Shown in pieces: positions 44,901 through 57,764 of a stretch of DNA of 64,000 nucleotides. The notes beneath the pieces were generated by a model, which was not told the origin of the DNA, searched no databases, and worked only from the letters and a program-made list of their open reading frames with translations. This DNA is from Lytechinus pictus (lineage: Eukaryota). The first letter of the stretch is position 1; each line of letters opens with the position of its first letter. The position numbers and the translations under genes are program-made. The stretch is from positions 10,170,001-10,234,000 of the forward strand of contig NC_087263.1 in assembly GCF_037042905.1 (NCBI RefSeq). The letters run 5' to 3'.

Positions 44901-47900
44901 GCATGAAGCCAGTGTGCGCTTGTGGGATTTTTCTTTTCGCTCTCATTATTTTTGCTCCATTTTCATAGATTAATGCAGGGAAAAACTCTTGATTTTTCGC
45001 TAAACTCCGAGGCGTTGTACAACACAAATAGCGAATATTCTTATTCGTGCAATGGTGCAAGATTTCACATTCGGTGAAAGAAAGAAACACTCTATTCAAC
45101 TCGGCTAACGCCTCGTTGAATAGACCATAACACTCGCACTCATGCCTATTCGCTATTTGTATATTAACCAGGGGCTTATTTCACAAAGATTTAAGTATGA
45201 CTTAGAGTCGCACTTACAGGCTGACGCGAATGCGATATATATCACACAATCTTATTGATTAATACGCAGTAGTGCACGTTCTCTTGGCATGATCTGACCA
45301 ATGCGGTCATGCCATTTATAACGCATGCAACTGGGCATTTAAGTGCGACTATAAGTCATACTTAAATCTTTGTGAAACCCCCGAGACCGAGACGAAACAC
45401 AAGACCACAATCACATTCTTGAGACATGTTTTAAAGAAATCCAAAACTGAAATTAACAACACCATATTGCCTGTTGTTTCAAAGTATTAGATTAGATCCT
45501 TAGAACGATAGTGTAAAATTTGTATTCTATGATGATCGTAATAAAGTTTTAATGTAAAGAGAAACAGTTTGACCCAAATTCACATACATGTAGGTGGTTT
45601 TGAAAACCATCGGTTGAACCTATGGTTTATGCAGATTTCCTGTATAAATTATGCATATTTAACTGCATATGTTAAAAAAATGTCCAATGCTGATGTGCGA
45701 TTTTGTCACAGTGCGTCAAAATGATGCCTGTTGCCATATATGCTATTTTATTCATGAGTCCACTCAATAAAGCAGTGGACTCATGAATAAAATAGCGTAA
45801 TCAGCCATGGCAACAGGCGTTAATTTACCACACTGTGACAAATGCACTCATGAGTATTGGACATTTTTAAGTATATGCGGTAAATTAAGCATAATTAATA
45901 CAAGAATTCTGCCTAAACCATCATGGGTTCAATCCATGGTTTTCAAAACCACCTTTGTGAATTTGGGCCATTATACTATTGTATGTTTTGAATGCTTTTT
46001 ATTTAAGCTTGCTGAACAACTTGCCGAAGCTAACATTAACCTCGAAGCTGAAGAAGAACCCAAGGAAGAAGAAAAAGGTAATATTATAGAACTTTTTTAA
46101 ATGAAGTTTTGATGTAATCATTTGAAGCACAGTTTCATTTACTCATTGTATTAACACAAGACTCACTTATCCTGAGACCTGTTGTGTGCAAGAGAAGGAG
46201 CTTTGCTTGCAATGTACATGTACTTGAAGGCTGAAACGATGTCATAATGGAATTAAAGTTCACCTTGACATGGTTTCTCCATCAGATCCAAACAACGTAG
46301 ACCGTCTGTCTGTGGCTACTGATGCTCCGATTTCGGGCAGTTCAGATAAATCCAGTTACTTTGATTTTTTTTTTCATAATGATGTGTCAGGGAAATCAGG
46401 GAAAATTTACTTTTCTCCAGTCAAGGGTAAAATCAGGGAATTTGATAAAAAATGCCAATATCAGGGGAAAATGCCTCAAATGAGCTCTCTCAGGTGGGCC
46501 GCGAGAAGCTCCAGGGGGAGAAAAAAATAGGAGAAAAACTATAATATATTTCACAGACCTGTCCGAACATGGTGTGTCCGACCAGTCTATGCGGGTCAAA
46601 CAAAACTGAAGCACGCTTAGGTATCGTGCATGTTGCAAAGCATGCACATGCGCACTATGATTGTTTTAATGCAATTGTTGCCCATTTACCGGACATTTGC
46701 GAATGCAGATTAGTTCTCAAACTTTGTTTCAAATGTGATTCAGAGCTTTGTGTTCAAATTTCACGAAACATTTTTTCATCAAAATGGATGCTTTCTTAGA
46801 ATTTTGGTAGGTGGGCCTCGAAAACAAATCTGAGAGTCAAAGTGGTCCTCGAGTAAAAAAAGGTTGAGAAGCGCTGCTATAGAACAAAGGGTTCAGTTGC
46901 TCAGAAAATGTCATGAGGAAATTAAAATACACTATCATCAACACTTTTTTCCCCTGCATCAGATCCAAACGACACAGACCGTTTGTCCGTTGCGACCGAT
47001 GACGAGGCTATTGAAAAAGAGATTAAACAACAAAGCAAGGTGGAGAAGGGAAATAAGAAGTCCAAGAAACAGCTGGCCAAGGAAAGGGCTGCCCTCAAGG
47101 AAGCCCGAAGACAAGAAAAACAGGTTTTTAAAAACTGTTCATTGCAATAGAGGGGCTTTACCTATACAATACTGAGAGGCATAAAAATACAAGCTCTGCT
47201 GTATTATCAAGTCCCTCGTTTCATTTTCATATGTTATTTGCAATTTGTCTGATTATCAAAATGAATATTGAAACAATTTATTTATTCACTGATCATTTTC
47301 CTACAGTATTATTTATGACTTGGAGTATTTCTAATGACGTTTATTCTGTTTTGTATATTCATATATTATATATGTATATGTTTTTATGCTCATTATTTTA
47401 AAATGGAAGTAAATAAATTGAAACTTGAAATAAACAAATTGAAATATATGAAATGAAAATTTAGATGATTAAATTTTATAGAAAATTTATGTTACTTCAG
47501 TAAATTGTGTGGCATCACGATGTGCATTATTGTTTAAAACAATATTTGGAAAATTAAGAACAAAAACACATCATGGTATAAGATAATACTAATTGCATGT
47601 GAACTGGCTAGTGTTTCATAAAGTTGTTTGTAAGTTAGGAGCGATTATATAAAGGGCTGGTCAGTAGTGATCCTTTTGTATGGTAAATGACACCAGATTT
47701 TCTTCGATGTTGATTAAGTTCCAAAGAAAGCGTCACCAGTCGTTCATATAGTCATTCATAACTTACGAACAGTTTTATGAAACACCCACCTGGGGGCGTT
47801 TTACATAGATTTAAGTATGACTTAAATACCGACGCATATACATGTATGATATGCAACGCAAAATCTTATTGATTAATACGCAGTAGTACGCGTCCTCTTG

Positions 47901-50900
47901 GCACGGTCATTACTTTTATGCACAAACCTAGGAAATTAAGTGCGACTCTAGGGTATACCTAAATCTTTGTGAAACACCCCCCTGGCTGGACTTGTCCTTT
48001 ATCATAGATGTATGCCATGTTTTTTCTCAATACTTGTCATTTTCAGCGAAGAGAAGAAGAGAGAAAAGCCCTGGCGGAGAAGAAGAGAGCAGCAGAGGAG
48101 GAAAAGAGAAGAAAAGAATATGAAGAACAAAGACAGAAAATGGTATGTACATGCATGTTCATTATATATGCCAGCTGTTCCTTTTCCTTTTGGAGTATTT
48201 CATATCTTTTTATAGAAAAAGAATACTTCAGGTTTCATGAAAAAAAAATTTTCTTTCTCAAAATTGTGCTTGATATACACATATAATAGTACATATAAAT
48301 AGTACGAGTATGAGGGAATAAATAATTGGAATCTTCCATACAATGCCGTTTGGTAATGCCATAAAATTGTCAAACTTTTGTATGTCCGATCCTGTTTTTC
48401 TCTCGTCTTGCTGGTATCCCAGGGTCCGATGACCGGGGAAATAATAATTACAATGTAAAGCAATTAGAAACGTAAAGTATTAAGCACTATATAAATTAAC
48501 AGGTCAAGTCCACCTCATAAAAATGTTGATTTGAAGCAATAGCATACCGACCGGGATGTGCATATAACTGTTTTGTGAAAAATAAGCGAAACTTTAAAAT
48601 GTCATAACTTTCTTATTTTACATCCGATTTTGATGAAATTTTCAGTGTTATGCTTGTTGGATTTTTCTCTTTTTATTCAAATCAAATTTTTGTTGGGGTG
48701 GACTTGTCCTTTAAGTATTTTTTTGTTATATCTGTGTTTGTGATTTTTCTTGATTTGTAGGAGGCTGAAGAACAGCTTCAGGACGCTGAAGAAGAGGCTA
48801 GGAGAGCGGAGGAAGAGGAAGAGGAAGCAAGGTTGATGCTCCAAGAATCTCGGAGAGCCGCCAGGGAAGAACGAGAAAGAAAGAGGAAAGAGGAGATGGA
48901 AAAGAAGAAACTGGAGAGAGATAGACAGCGTGAGGAGAGAAGAAAAATGGTCAGTTTTGAATTTTTATGAGATTTCTCTCAGGCAAATATCTCTTTGTGT
49001 AACAGATTTAGTGTGAAGAATATCGAGGGGGGACTAGAAAAGCCCCCCTCCCCCGGGCTAGATAGGGTTAAGTTTTCCACTTATAATTTATTTTATTTAT
49101 GTGGAGCGTTGTGACCCAGTGGATTAGTCTACGGACTTTGAAACAGACGGTCGTGGGTTCAAATCCCAGCCATGGCGTAGTTTCCTTCAGCAAGAAATTA
49201 ATCCACATTGTGCTGCACTCAACCCAGGTGAGGTGAATGGGTACCTGACGGGAATTTATTCCTTGAAATGCCGAGCGCGTGAAAGCTGTTGAGCTACAGC
49301 CGGTGTAATAATATCCAAGACCTTTGGAAGCGCATAGAGACGTTATTCATAATGTGTTATGCGCTATACAAGAACTGACTTATTATTATTATTATTTTTT
49401 TTTTACAAATGATTAATAATTTACACATATTTTTTTTTTCAAATTTAACAGGAGGATGCTGCTCGACAGAGAGAACGTGAGATGGCGGAACGCTTGGCGG
49501 ACGCTGCAGAGAGGAGGCGCATGAGAGAAGAGGCCGAGTGGGAGGCTGAGGAACGAGAGAGGGAAGAACGAGAAAGACGAGAACAGGAAGAAGAGGAAGA
49601 ACAGAGGAGGATGGAGCAGGAAGAAGAAAGGATTAGGGAGTTGGAAAGACAGGTAAGAATTTATCTTAAGTCTGATTTATCAAATTCAATTGGCATTTTT
49701 TTCCTGTAATGATTAAATTAGGGCTGAGTCGAGGCAAGCACTCTACTGGTGATGGACCAATTATGCCATTCACCTGCAGTGGCGGATCTGAGGGGGGGAT
49801 TTAGGGGTTAAAACCCCCACATTCTGGCTCCCTAAAAATGATAAAAAAGGAGCCAGTGTGAGATCAAACTCCAACACCTCTTCCCTGTTTACGAGGGTCA
49901 CACCAGCAGAACAGTTACGGATCTATTAGGGGGGCAGGAGAGGGTAGGATGCATTACGTCGCAGATCGTTGTTATTATGTCAACCAACTTGTCAACCCCC
50001 CCCCCCACTTTAAAGCTAAATATGCCACTGACCTGTTCCATTTCTTCCCGACAAATGGTTTGAAATATAGTATTATGTGAAAGATTTGATATCTCGATGT
50101 AGATACGAAATTGTAGGTCTTACTTGGTTGATATACGTAGTCTTTGGTGATAATGAATGTCTTCATACATATTTCCTTACTTCCACAGTCCACCAGTTTT
50201 GGGGTACCAACACTGAAAGGTCAACCAAAGTTAACTTTTTGAAATGTCATTATGACTTCAAGAGTATATGTACCTATTCCATGAAACTTTGGGTGTGTTT
50301 ATGCTTCCATTGCAGGGACAGAATCAGCGTTTTCAAATGTCGATTCAAAACGCCGATCGTAAACGTGGTTCTGGGAGTGCTGTTTATGCTTAACTTTTCA
50401 GAGGCGAAATCACGATCTCCAGCTGGCTTCGCATTGTCATTTTCGTTGAACAGGAAAGCGAGGTCAAATTGGGCGCGCCCTTTTTTGAAAGTTTTTTTCC
50501 GAGTGTTGTTATGGGGAAGGAACATCGACTGTTATATAAACATCGAACAATTTCCAATATTTTAGTCCTTGCATGGAGCTTCTTGATACAGCCATATAAT
50601 TTCCAATATAGTAATGATAATAGTAAGAAAAAATAAAGAATATTAAGTATACAAAATATATATTTGTTTATACTACTGGGGCATCTGGCTATGTCTCCTC
50701 ATAATAACTCATGTTCCAGGTTTTTTTTTTGTAAATCCCTCAACATTCATCGTGATGACAAATTGGAAGAGTACTACACATGCAAAACAAGGGAGATGAG
50801 AGGTAATTCCGTGGAGGTAACATGCGACCATGGAGCAATGCGACTGTATTTGCCCGCGGATTTTCATCTCACCGGAAGCATGTACCAAATGACGTCATTT

Positions 50901-53900
50901 AAACACGTTTACGATCGTGGTTCTGTTTATACTTCCCCAGAAAGCCTGATTCTGGTCAAACGACCTTTACAAACGCACCTTTTTGTGAGTTTACGATCGG
51001 CGTTTTGAAACAGCGTTTAAATGAAAGTAAGCATGGATGCAACCGTGTTTTGGACTTATCACGTTTGGAAACGCTGATTCTGGCCTGAAAAGTGGAAGCA
51101 TAAACACGGCCTTTGAGATAGGAGCAATTACATATCACTGATCAGTTTGCACGAGTTTGAGGTCTCAAGGTCAAGGTCAAAGTTCCTTTAGGGTTAATAA
51201 ATTCGGCATGTTATTTAGTATTTTTTGTGAATGAATATTCTTCTTTGTTTTTTTCCAAGTCAACATTGCTGCTATATTGAATCACATAATTCAGGCAAAC
51301 TGTCCGAAACGTTTTACTTCGTTGTTGTTGTTATGAATCTATACAATAGAGTTATTACAAGGATTGTTTCTTTCTTGCTATCTCTCATCCAATGTACATC
51401 CTAGTTGTTTTCAAATCTTACTCATTTTGTAAGTTGTGTATTTCATGATTTTATTAATTTTTGTAGGCTGAGCAAGAGGCTCTGGAGAGATTATCCCGTG
51501 AGCGACGGGAGGCCGAAGAAAGAAGAAGACTTGCAAGAGGAGAGGCAGAGAGACAGAAAGAACTAGAGGAAATGAGGATGTAAGTTAAATTAGTTCAATA
51601 AATCACAACCACTAGACCAAGACGCCCCCACATGCACTCTAGAAGGTCATTGCTTTTTATTAGGGGAAAATTAAACATTTTATTAAGATTATGCCAATAG
51701 ACTTAATTGTAAATTGTGCTAAATAAAAATTGATTATTATCATTACCACTCATCACCATTTTTTCTATTTTCCTCTGGGGCCTATAACTCATAAGCTATG
51801 CTTTCAACTTAGGCCCCTCCATTCTTCACTGGTTTAAATTCTTATTGTATATAAACTCTTTTTTTTTGTCTCAAGAACCATTTATTTCATTTCATGATAT
51901 GTTATACCCATGTCAACCAATGTAAAATGTTTGTATATATGTGAATTATGGAAATAAACTGAAACTAAAACTGAAACTGAATTTTAGTAAAAGATACAAG
52001 ATTGCTTATTTGGTCTATGTAAACATTCCCCTTTATTGTTTGATCTTGTGTTTTATTGTGGGCAAATAAGTTTCTTATATCTTACTTTGTTAATTGTATT
52101 TTGTCTAATTCCTTTAAGGGAGGTTATCTAGGCAAACTCTATTTTGGGGTTTTTATAATTTCCCTATTTCCTCTGTTGTTTAAAATGTTAACTTATTGTA
52201 TATATATAAATTTTATGTGGAAGACTTTTGTAATACATGTACATGAATATGGTTTACATTTGCTCAATTATGTATTTTTATGAATTTTTATATTGTGATT
52301 TTTAATTGGAAATAAATGAAATTGAACTGAAAACTGAACTGAACATCTACACAAAATTTTTATGTATTAGTTTGCACTGAAGTTCCATCTCTCACACCAT
52401 GTTGTGAAAAATGAGATCTAGAATATGGTCATGGAAAGAAATAGCAGGTACAAGTGAAACGTCTAAATCAGTCTTCGTTCCTCTCATTTCGAGCATAAAA
52501 TAACTTTTCATATGAAAATCAATACAAGTAACAAAGTACTGTTTGTGCTGTTTAAAGTGTTTTGTAGATTAACAAAGAAAATTTTGTTTCTCTTATGGCT
52601 CAAACCTTTCTTTTTGTTGTTTTTTTATTTGCAGGAAGGAAGGACTGAAGAGACTAGCAGAGGAAGAAGAGAAAGAGAGACAGCGTCAGATACTCGCTGA
52701 GAAGAAGAGGCAGGAGGAACTTGAGAAAATAAGAAAAGTAAATTAACTTCTGTCTCTAAGTTTACAGGAAAAATCCACCCGAACAAAAAGATTCGTTAAA
52801 AAAAGGAGAAAAATCGAACAAGCATAACACTGAAAATTTCATCGATATCGGATGTGAAATAAGAAAGTTATGATATTTTTAAGTTTGGCCTAATTTCACA
52901 AAACAATTCTATGCACATCCTTCTTGGTATGCAAATGAGGGGACTGATGACATCACCCACTCACTGTTTCTTCCATATTTCATTATACAAAATATGAAAT
53001 ATTGTAATTCTCTCCTCATCGTCATGTGAAACAAAATTTATTCTGAAGGACTGGGCCTTGTAAAGATGGCGTGGATTGAGTTTCTGGCTAAGACCTGACC
53101 CCAAAAAAAATTATTCCTCAATCAACATGTGGAATGACCATTGTTTTAAGATTTTGTGGTTTAATCAAGTTGTTCATTTTTGTCAAATCTGTAAAAATTG
53201 TAATATTGTATAATTCAAACAATGAAAACAAAAATTGTGACTAGTGAGGGATGTAATCATATCAAAGAGTTGTGCATATAACCATTTTGTGAAAAATAAG
53301 TGAAACTCTAGAATGTCATAACTTTATTTTTTACATCCGATTTCACAGAAATTTTCAGCTTTACGCTTGTTTGTTTTTTCTCTATTGATTTAAATCAACA
53401 TTTTTCTGGGGTGGACTTCAGTTTCATTGATCTTTGATAAAAGTGGATCCAATGCTCTAAAAACATTTTAGTTTCTCTTTATGAATAAAGTTATAGGCTA
53501 ATTCTTTCTCTGTAATTATTGATGGTTATCCAAAAATGTACATTTTTATAGACTAGTTAAAGACTAGTTATTAGTTATTATTTGTTATCATTACTATTAC
53601 TCATGGTATCATCGTTATTATTATCATAGTTATTGTTGCATTGTTCTATCCTTACCATTATTGTTATCGTTATCCTTATTCTTCTTCCTGTTATCATTAT
53701 TATCATCATCATAATTATTATAATTAGTTTAATCATTAAATATATTCCTATCTATTTATAGATTCAAGCGATGGAGGAAGAGGCCCGTGCACGCGTCCAG
53801 AAGAAGCTCGAGAGCCGTCGTCTGTGGGCGTTGAGGCGTCGGGAGCGCAATAATGAACAGCGGAGCCATCTTAACGGGATGCGCTCCACCCAAGGCATGA

Positions 53901-54082
53901 CAAGACCATGGGTTTTCAGCTACTATGTACTATGGCCGCGGGAGACTTACGAAAGGCGACTCCCTTCAAAGGAGAAGAAGAGAGGGTTCCGACCCCGCCC
54001 GAAGCCCCCTTCGGCGCCACCGCCGGCCGGGTCAGGAAATGCGGCAGGACCAGTTTCTGGTCAGGTAACAACTGGATCTTGA
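35980..54082 (+). CDS. KIAA2012: KIAA2012-like protein (~1253 aa; low-complexity middle, long Glu/Arg coiled coil); join(35980-36000,37001-37579,38547-38698,39307-39633,40003-40510,41042-41296,42459-42594,43229-43285,43724-44025,44532-44702,46008-46077,46963-47123,48047-48142,48761-48949,49452-49652,51467-51579,52635-52737,53762-54082)
   Basis: 18 exons with GT-AG boundaries join into one 3762-nt frame. The motifs LPKTLTTRKGALMIFS, RIQPGG and C-terminal MTRPWVFSYY recall vertebrate KIAA2012 (LPKTFSTRKGALILYS, QIQPG). The name is from memory. The first exon (aagATGG...TTG|gtaatt) is the least certain. Confidence 0.78.
36448..36633. mobile_element. Short MITE with 6-bp TSD CTTAGT
   Basis: CAGGGGTGTGAG / CTCACACCCCTG TIRs; CTTAGT at 36442-36447 and 36634-36639. 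Confidence 0.75.
37001..37579 (+). CDS. KIAA2012: KIAA2012-like exon 2
   Basis: ccccacag| acceptor, GAG|gtaaat donor; contains LPKTLTTRKGALMIFS. Confidence 0.85.
38547..38698 (+). CDS. KIAA2012: KIAA2012-like exon 3
   Basis: ttcag| ... GC|gtatgt; encodes DYRIQPGGDFVFYLKDLK. Confidence 0.8.
38710..38862. repeat. Degenerate (ATT)n microsatellite
   Basis: att/gtt/atc triplets directly after the exon 3 donor; a similar tract lies at ~53570-53730. Confidence 0.85.
39307..39633 (+). CDS. KIAA2012: KIAA2012-like exon 4
   Basis: gctag| ... AG|gttagt, phase 2-2, open frame. Confidence 0.8.
40003..40510 (+). CDS. KIAA2012: KIAA2012-like exon 5
   Basis: ctacag| ... TTG|gtaagc; Ser/Arg/Glu-rich. Confidence 0.82.
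41042..41296 (+). CDS. KIAA2012: KIAA2012-like exon 6
   Basis: actag| ... CAG|gtgagt, phase 0-0. Confidence 0.8.
42459..42594 (+). CDS. KIAA2012: KIAA2012-like exon 7
   Basis: ccttatag| ... G|gtatgg. Confidence 0.78.
43229..43285 (+). CDS. KIAA2012: KIAA2012-like exon 8 (57 nt, phase 1-1)
   Basis: Long polypyrimidine tract then aag| ... G|gtgaga. Confidence 0.7.
43724..44025 (+). CDS. KIAA2012: KIAA2012-like exon 9 (Pro-rich)
   Basis: ttacag| ... AAG|gtacat. Confidence 0.8.
44532..44702 (+). CDS. KIAA2012: KIAA2012-like exon 10
   Basis: ctgtag| ... GAG|gtaaga. Confidence 0.82.
45571..45969. mobile_element. Palindromic MITE
   Basis: cccaaattcaca...ggtggttttgaaaacc / ggttttcaaaaccacc...tgtgaatttggg; central hairpin tattcatgagtccac / gtggactcatgaata. 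Confidence 0.65.
46008..46077 (+). CDS. KIAA2012: KIAA2012-like exon 11
   Basis: tttaag| ... G|gtaata; encodes LAEQLAEANINLEAEEEPKEEEK. Confidence 0.75.
46963..47123 (+). CDS. KIAA2012: KIAA2012-like exon 12
   Basis: catcag| ... CAG|gttttt (weak donor); phase 1-0. Confidence 0.78.
48047..48142 (+). CDS. KIAA2012: KIAA2012-like exon 13 (coiled coil)
   Basis: tttcag| ... ATG|gtatgt. Confidence 0.85.
48501..48710. mobile_element. Kolobok-like MITE family A, internally deleted copy
   Basis: aggtcaagtccacc ... ggggtggacttgtcct, followed by TTAA. Confidence 0.7.
48761..48949 (+). CDS. KIAA2012: KIAA2012-like exon 14 (coiled coil)
   Basis: ttgtag| ... ATG|gtcagt. Confidence 0.85.
49103..49395 (+). 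mobile_element. tRNA-derived SINE (same head as the 21921 copy, different tail)
   Basis: Near-identical 5' ~145 bp, B box GGTTCAAATCC, (TAT)n tail. Confidence 0.85.
49452..49652 (+). CDS. KIAA2012: KIAA2012-like exon 15 (coiled coil)
   Basis: taacag| ... CAG|gtaaga. Confidence 0.85.
50291..51112. mobile_element. Harbinger-like MITE (GTGTTTATGCTTCCA termini)
   Basis: Inverted termini gtgtttatgcttcca / tggaagcataaacac, with inverted subterminal sequence. Confidence 0.65.
51467..51579 (+). CDS. KIAA2012: KIAA2012-like exon 16
   Basis: ttgtag| ... AT|gtaagt. Confidence 0.82.
52635..52737 (+). CDS. KIAA2012: KIAA2012-like exon 17
   Basis: ttgcag| ... AAA|gtaaat. Confidence 0.82.
52766..53420. 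mobile_element. Kolobok-like MITE family A, diverged copy
   Basis: Aligns with the 26012 and 61355 copies; carries a ~67-bp insertion. Confidence 0.65.
53762..54082 (+). CDS. KIAA2012: KIAA2012-like last coding exon
   Basis: ttatag| acceptor; encodes IQAMEEEARARVQKKL...MTRPWVFSYYVLWP...GS then TGA. Confidence 0.85.
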   Translation: MQAMEEEARARVQKKLESRRLWALRRRERNNEQRSHLNGMRSTQGMTRPWVFSYYVLWPRETYERRLPSKEKKRGFRPRPKPPSAPPPAGSGNAAGPVSGQVTTGS

Positions 54083-56689
54083 AAGTTCTGGAAGTCAAGA
54101 AGATTTAGAGAAATCCTGTGGAGAAGGCGTTGAGACTGACATCAGCATTAGCAATGGATAGCGAATTTGAAAGAAGACTTCTGATTGGGTCACGGTCAGT
54201 ATTTTTAACTAAATGCGCTTTTAACATTGATATTGATTGGTCAGTCCATTTAGCGATTGATCGCTAATGTTTGTGTTACAGAGCTCTGGTTATAACTGGA
54301 AAGCTTTTAAGTATATTCTGTACAAATACACAATTCCTATAACATAGTGTACTATCAGGCAATCAAATTGAATTATTTATTATTATTGAATTATTGTGTT
54401 GTTACAAGTGATAGAGACAATGCGCAATTTTGTTCCAAGCTTTCAATTAACAAATAAAAGTGGATTATTTCAGTAGCTTTTTAAATGTTTTTGCAAATTT
54501 GTTACCAACTTATTTTAAAGAAAATAGCCCCTGTTCCCCAAAATGTATAGCTTTGCCAAAATGTATGACAATCATGCATGTTGAGTGTACATATTTTTGT
54601 ATTTTGGGCATATGCAGGTAGGATAAGTGAGGAAATTTGTTCATTTTGTACAATCTTTCTGGTGACAATTGTGTAATCGTTTTCATAGAGTATAGTAGTG
54701 TAATGAAGTCAAATACATCCACTTGTTAGCACTTATGCAATGATTGAATTTATTTATTTATTAAAAGCATTCGGTAATTTATTGATATTCCTCATTCAGC
54801 TGGGAATGCAACAGGCATGATATTCTCCTGAGTAAAATTGGAATTCTGGTTTTTAAATAATTTTTATTTCAGACTTATTTAATTTTTGAAAATTCATTTA
54901 TTTATTTATCATTTTTTCTTTTTACGTGAAATCCTTTCCCCAAGAACATTCTCATGCTGTTTTTTTTTTTACTGCTTTTTAAAGGCAAATGATGAAACTA
55001 TCATGCAGACTCACCTTGAGAAATCACTTTTGATTTCTGTACTGTGCAAGAGCTTGTAACCCCGACTGGGGCGCCTCAGACTTTGTAAATGACTTAGTGA
55101 CCCTTGTCTATTTTTCAGAGGGGAATATCATGCCTGATGTAATTATAATTGCAATCCTTTAGGTCAGACAAGCAGTCATGTTTATATGTTAAGATGTTGC
55201 GACATATGGTGAAGAGGAAGAGGTATAGTTTTGTACAGTATGCCTCGATCAGAAGCAAGATTTCTAATTTTGAAAAAGTTGATTCATCCCTTTTGAGTGT
55301 GTGTATATATTTATAACGTGTGTATATAGGTCCAAATGTCTTGCTGTGTCTTCACAGACTTTGCTCTTGTTAGCTGTTTTTTCTGTAAAAAGAGAAAATT
55401 AAGAATTAGACGAAATCATGCATTCATTTTCTTAAAGGATGTGAGAACTTCTGTCTATGATTGCCATGATCAAATATGATTGTTTACTTGTTTACAAATG
55501 TATAATTAAAGTTGGCCTAAATATAGACAGTTTATTGTATTTTGCTTTTTAAGACCAATTCTAAGTTGCAATATATTTTTAATAGATATTGTTAAGTATT
55601 CCACTATGTCACACATTTGTATATTTTGTAAGATCAAATTTTGAGACGATCAATTTGAAACCATTTATTCTTCGACATTTATAATATATTTTTTTATTTT
55701 GGAATGTTTATTTTGTTACTATGTTTTGCACCCATAAGTTCACAACACCACACACCTGTAAGAAATACACTTGGGCCTTGCTGCATTGAACTCACTATCA
55801 TAGTTTTTTCCATCCTGTGTTAAAGCTACATTCGAATTCTGGTATAGAAATCTAAAGTCTAATAGGAAATGGTTAGAGCAATCCTAAAGTGTTGAATGTA
55901 AATTATTCAGGCATGTTTGAAATTATATTCATTTCATTACCACATGCTTTTCCTAACTGTTTAGCTAACACAGGAAACAACATATGGGACTACTCTATAA
56001 ATGGACCAGCATTTTTAAAGTAATTTTACTGATCTTCATTTGCTCATTACTCCATGATTATGCATTTTCCTAAAAAAAGAATAAAAACACTCGGCAGATA
56101 AGTTTTTATATATTCTGAGCACATTTTATTTTCTGTTACCAATACCACAGTTGTTTCTTTTACATCTTTAAACTGTGGTAAGTTTATAGTGTTGTACCTT
56201 TTTTGCAGCTGGCTCAGCTTTTGATAACAATCCATTGATATATATCTGGTGCTGTCACTTTTATGAACACATCACTTGTGCCTTTTATTGTAAATGGTGC
56301 CTAGCTCTTGTTACTAAAGCAGTATTTCTTTTGGAAATTCAATTGCATTGTCAGTATATTGTAAACACCTGTACTTGATATACGACATATGAATAATTAC
56401 TCCTGCCTCTTTTCAGACAGTTTTGTCAACAGGCTAGGGACCTGTTTCACAAAGAATTATGATTGTGGTCACTTTACTATTGTGAAAACTACCATGGAAA
56501 TCTTGATTTATATTGTACTTCATGCGATTGTTATGTTTGCAAATATGTGCAAATCAGTAGCAGAACATGCATTAGTATTCTGAAGTGCCTTTCATATATT
56601 TTCATGCTTTTTTATTATTAGGGTAAACTATACACAATGTTTCAGGACTATTTAAGAAAAGGGGCATTCTAAAAATATGCATTGAATTG

Positions 56690-56983
56690 CAGGGTTTCCA
56701 CAGTCTTGGAAAATCCTGGACTGAAAATTTGTGGTCATGGAAATTCAGGGAATTCTGAAAATTTGTGAAGTCATGGAATCGCATTTTCCTCTTGGCAATG
56801 GCAGCTTTGTTGTGTCTCGCAACTCTCATACTCTGCTATTATAATTGGTGTTCATGATTTCCATTTTTCCCAGTTTTGTAACACCCCAAATTCTACATAT
56901 AACTCCCGGGGAGTCATGGAAAGCAGCAATTTAGTCATGGAAAAGTCATGGAATTCTGTTTTCAAATTTCTGTGGGAACCCTG
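56690..56983. mobile_element. hAT-like MITE
   Basis: CAGGGTTTCCACAG / CTGTGGGAACCCTG termini, with gtcatggaa subterminal repeats. Confidence 0.6.
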
Positions 56984-57764
56984 AATTGGCTCTAAACAAT
57001 CATTTGGTGATTTCAAGTTTGGTGTTGACATTTAGGTTTTGGACCGTTTGTTGAAACAAGGTTAATGATGATGATGATGAAGAAGAAGAAGGAGGAGGAG
57101 GAGAAGGACTGTGTTGAATACACCAACACTGAACTTGAAATCAGATGTTGAATGAAAAAAGGAATAAAAGTTCTAAGCAGCATTCAGCATTATTTCTGCA
57201 TATTTGATATTTACATGAATGACATAATTTTGTTGTTGTTTTTCCTGTCTGGAAGCCATATTCTTGAGCAAGTTTGAGCTTTCTTTGCCCTCAGTTCTGC
57301 CGTATATTTCATTCATTGAATCTTAAATGTCCTGTAAGTTATCATGGTGTGTGTGTGTGATCGTATTAATGTCAGGAAGTGTATAGTATGAACAATTAGC
57401 TCATTCAAATTTATGTGTCCGGAGGTAATCTCAAAATCTTGAGATACCAGGTTTTCATAGCCCACCGAATTGTCATTTGGTAAACAGAAATCTTTTTGTT
57501 ATGCTTATATGATGGTAATAGTGTTTTTATTAAATAAGCCCAGAGTTGACAGATATCCCATTTTAGCTTCGTTGGAAGCAGTTATCAGGATCATTTCAGC
57601 ATGGTATAAGGAACTCGTAAAGAGTGTGCTATCATTCCAATTTCTTATGAAACAAGAAATATCCCATTGGATGAACCTTGTTTCACAATGATTTGCGATA
57701 AATAACAAATTTCAAACAACAATTGTGATTGGTACTAAGAATTTCACAATCATTCCAATCCGAC

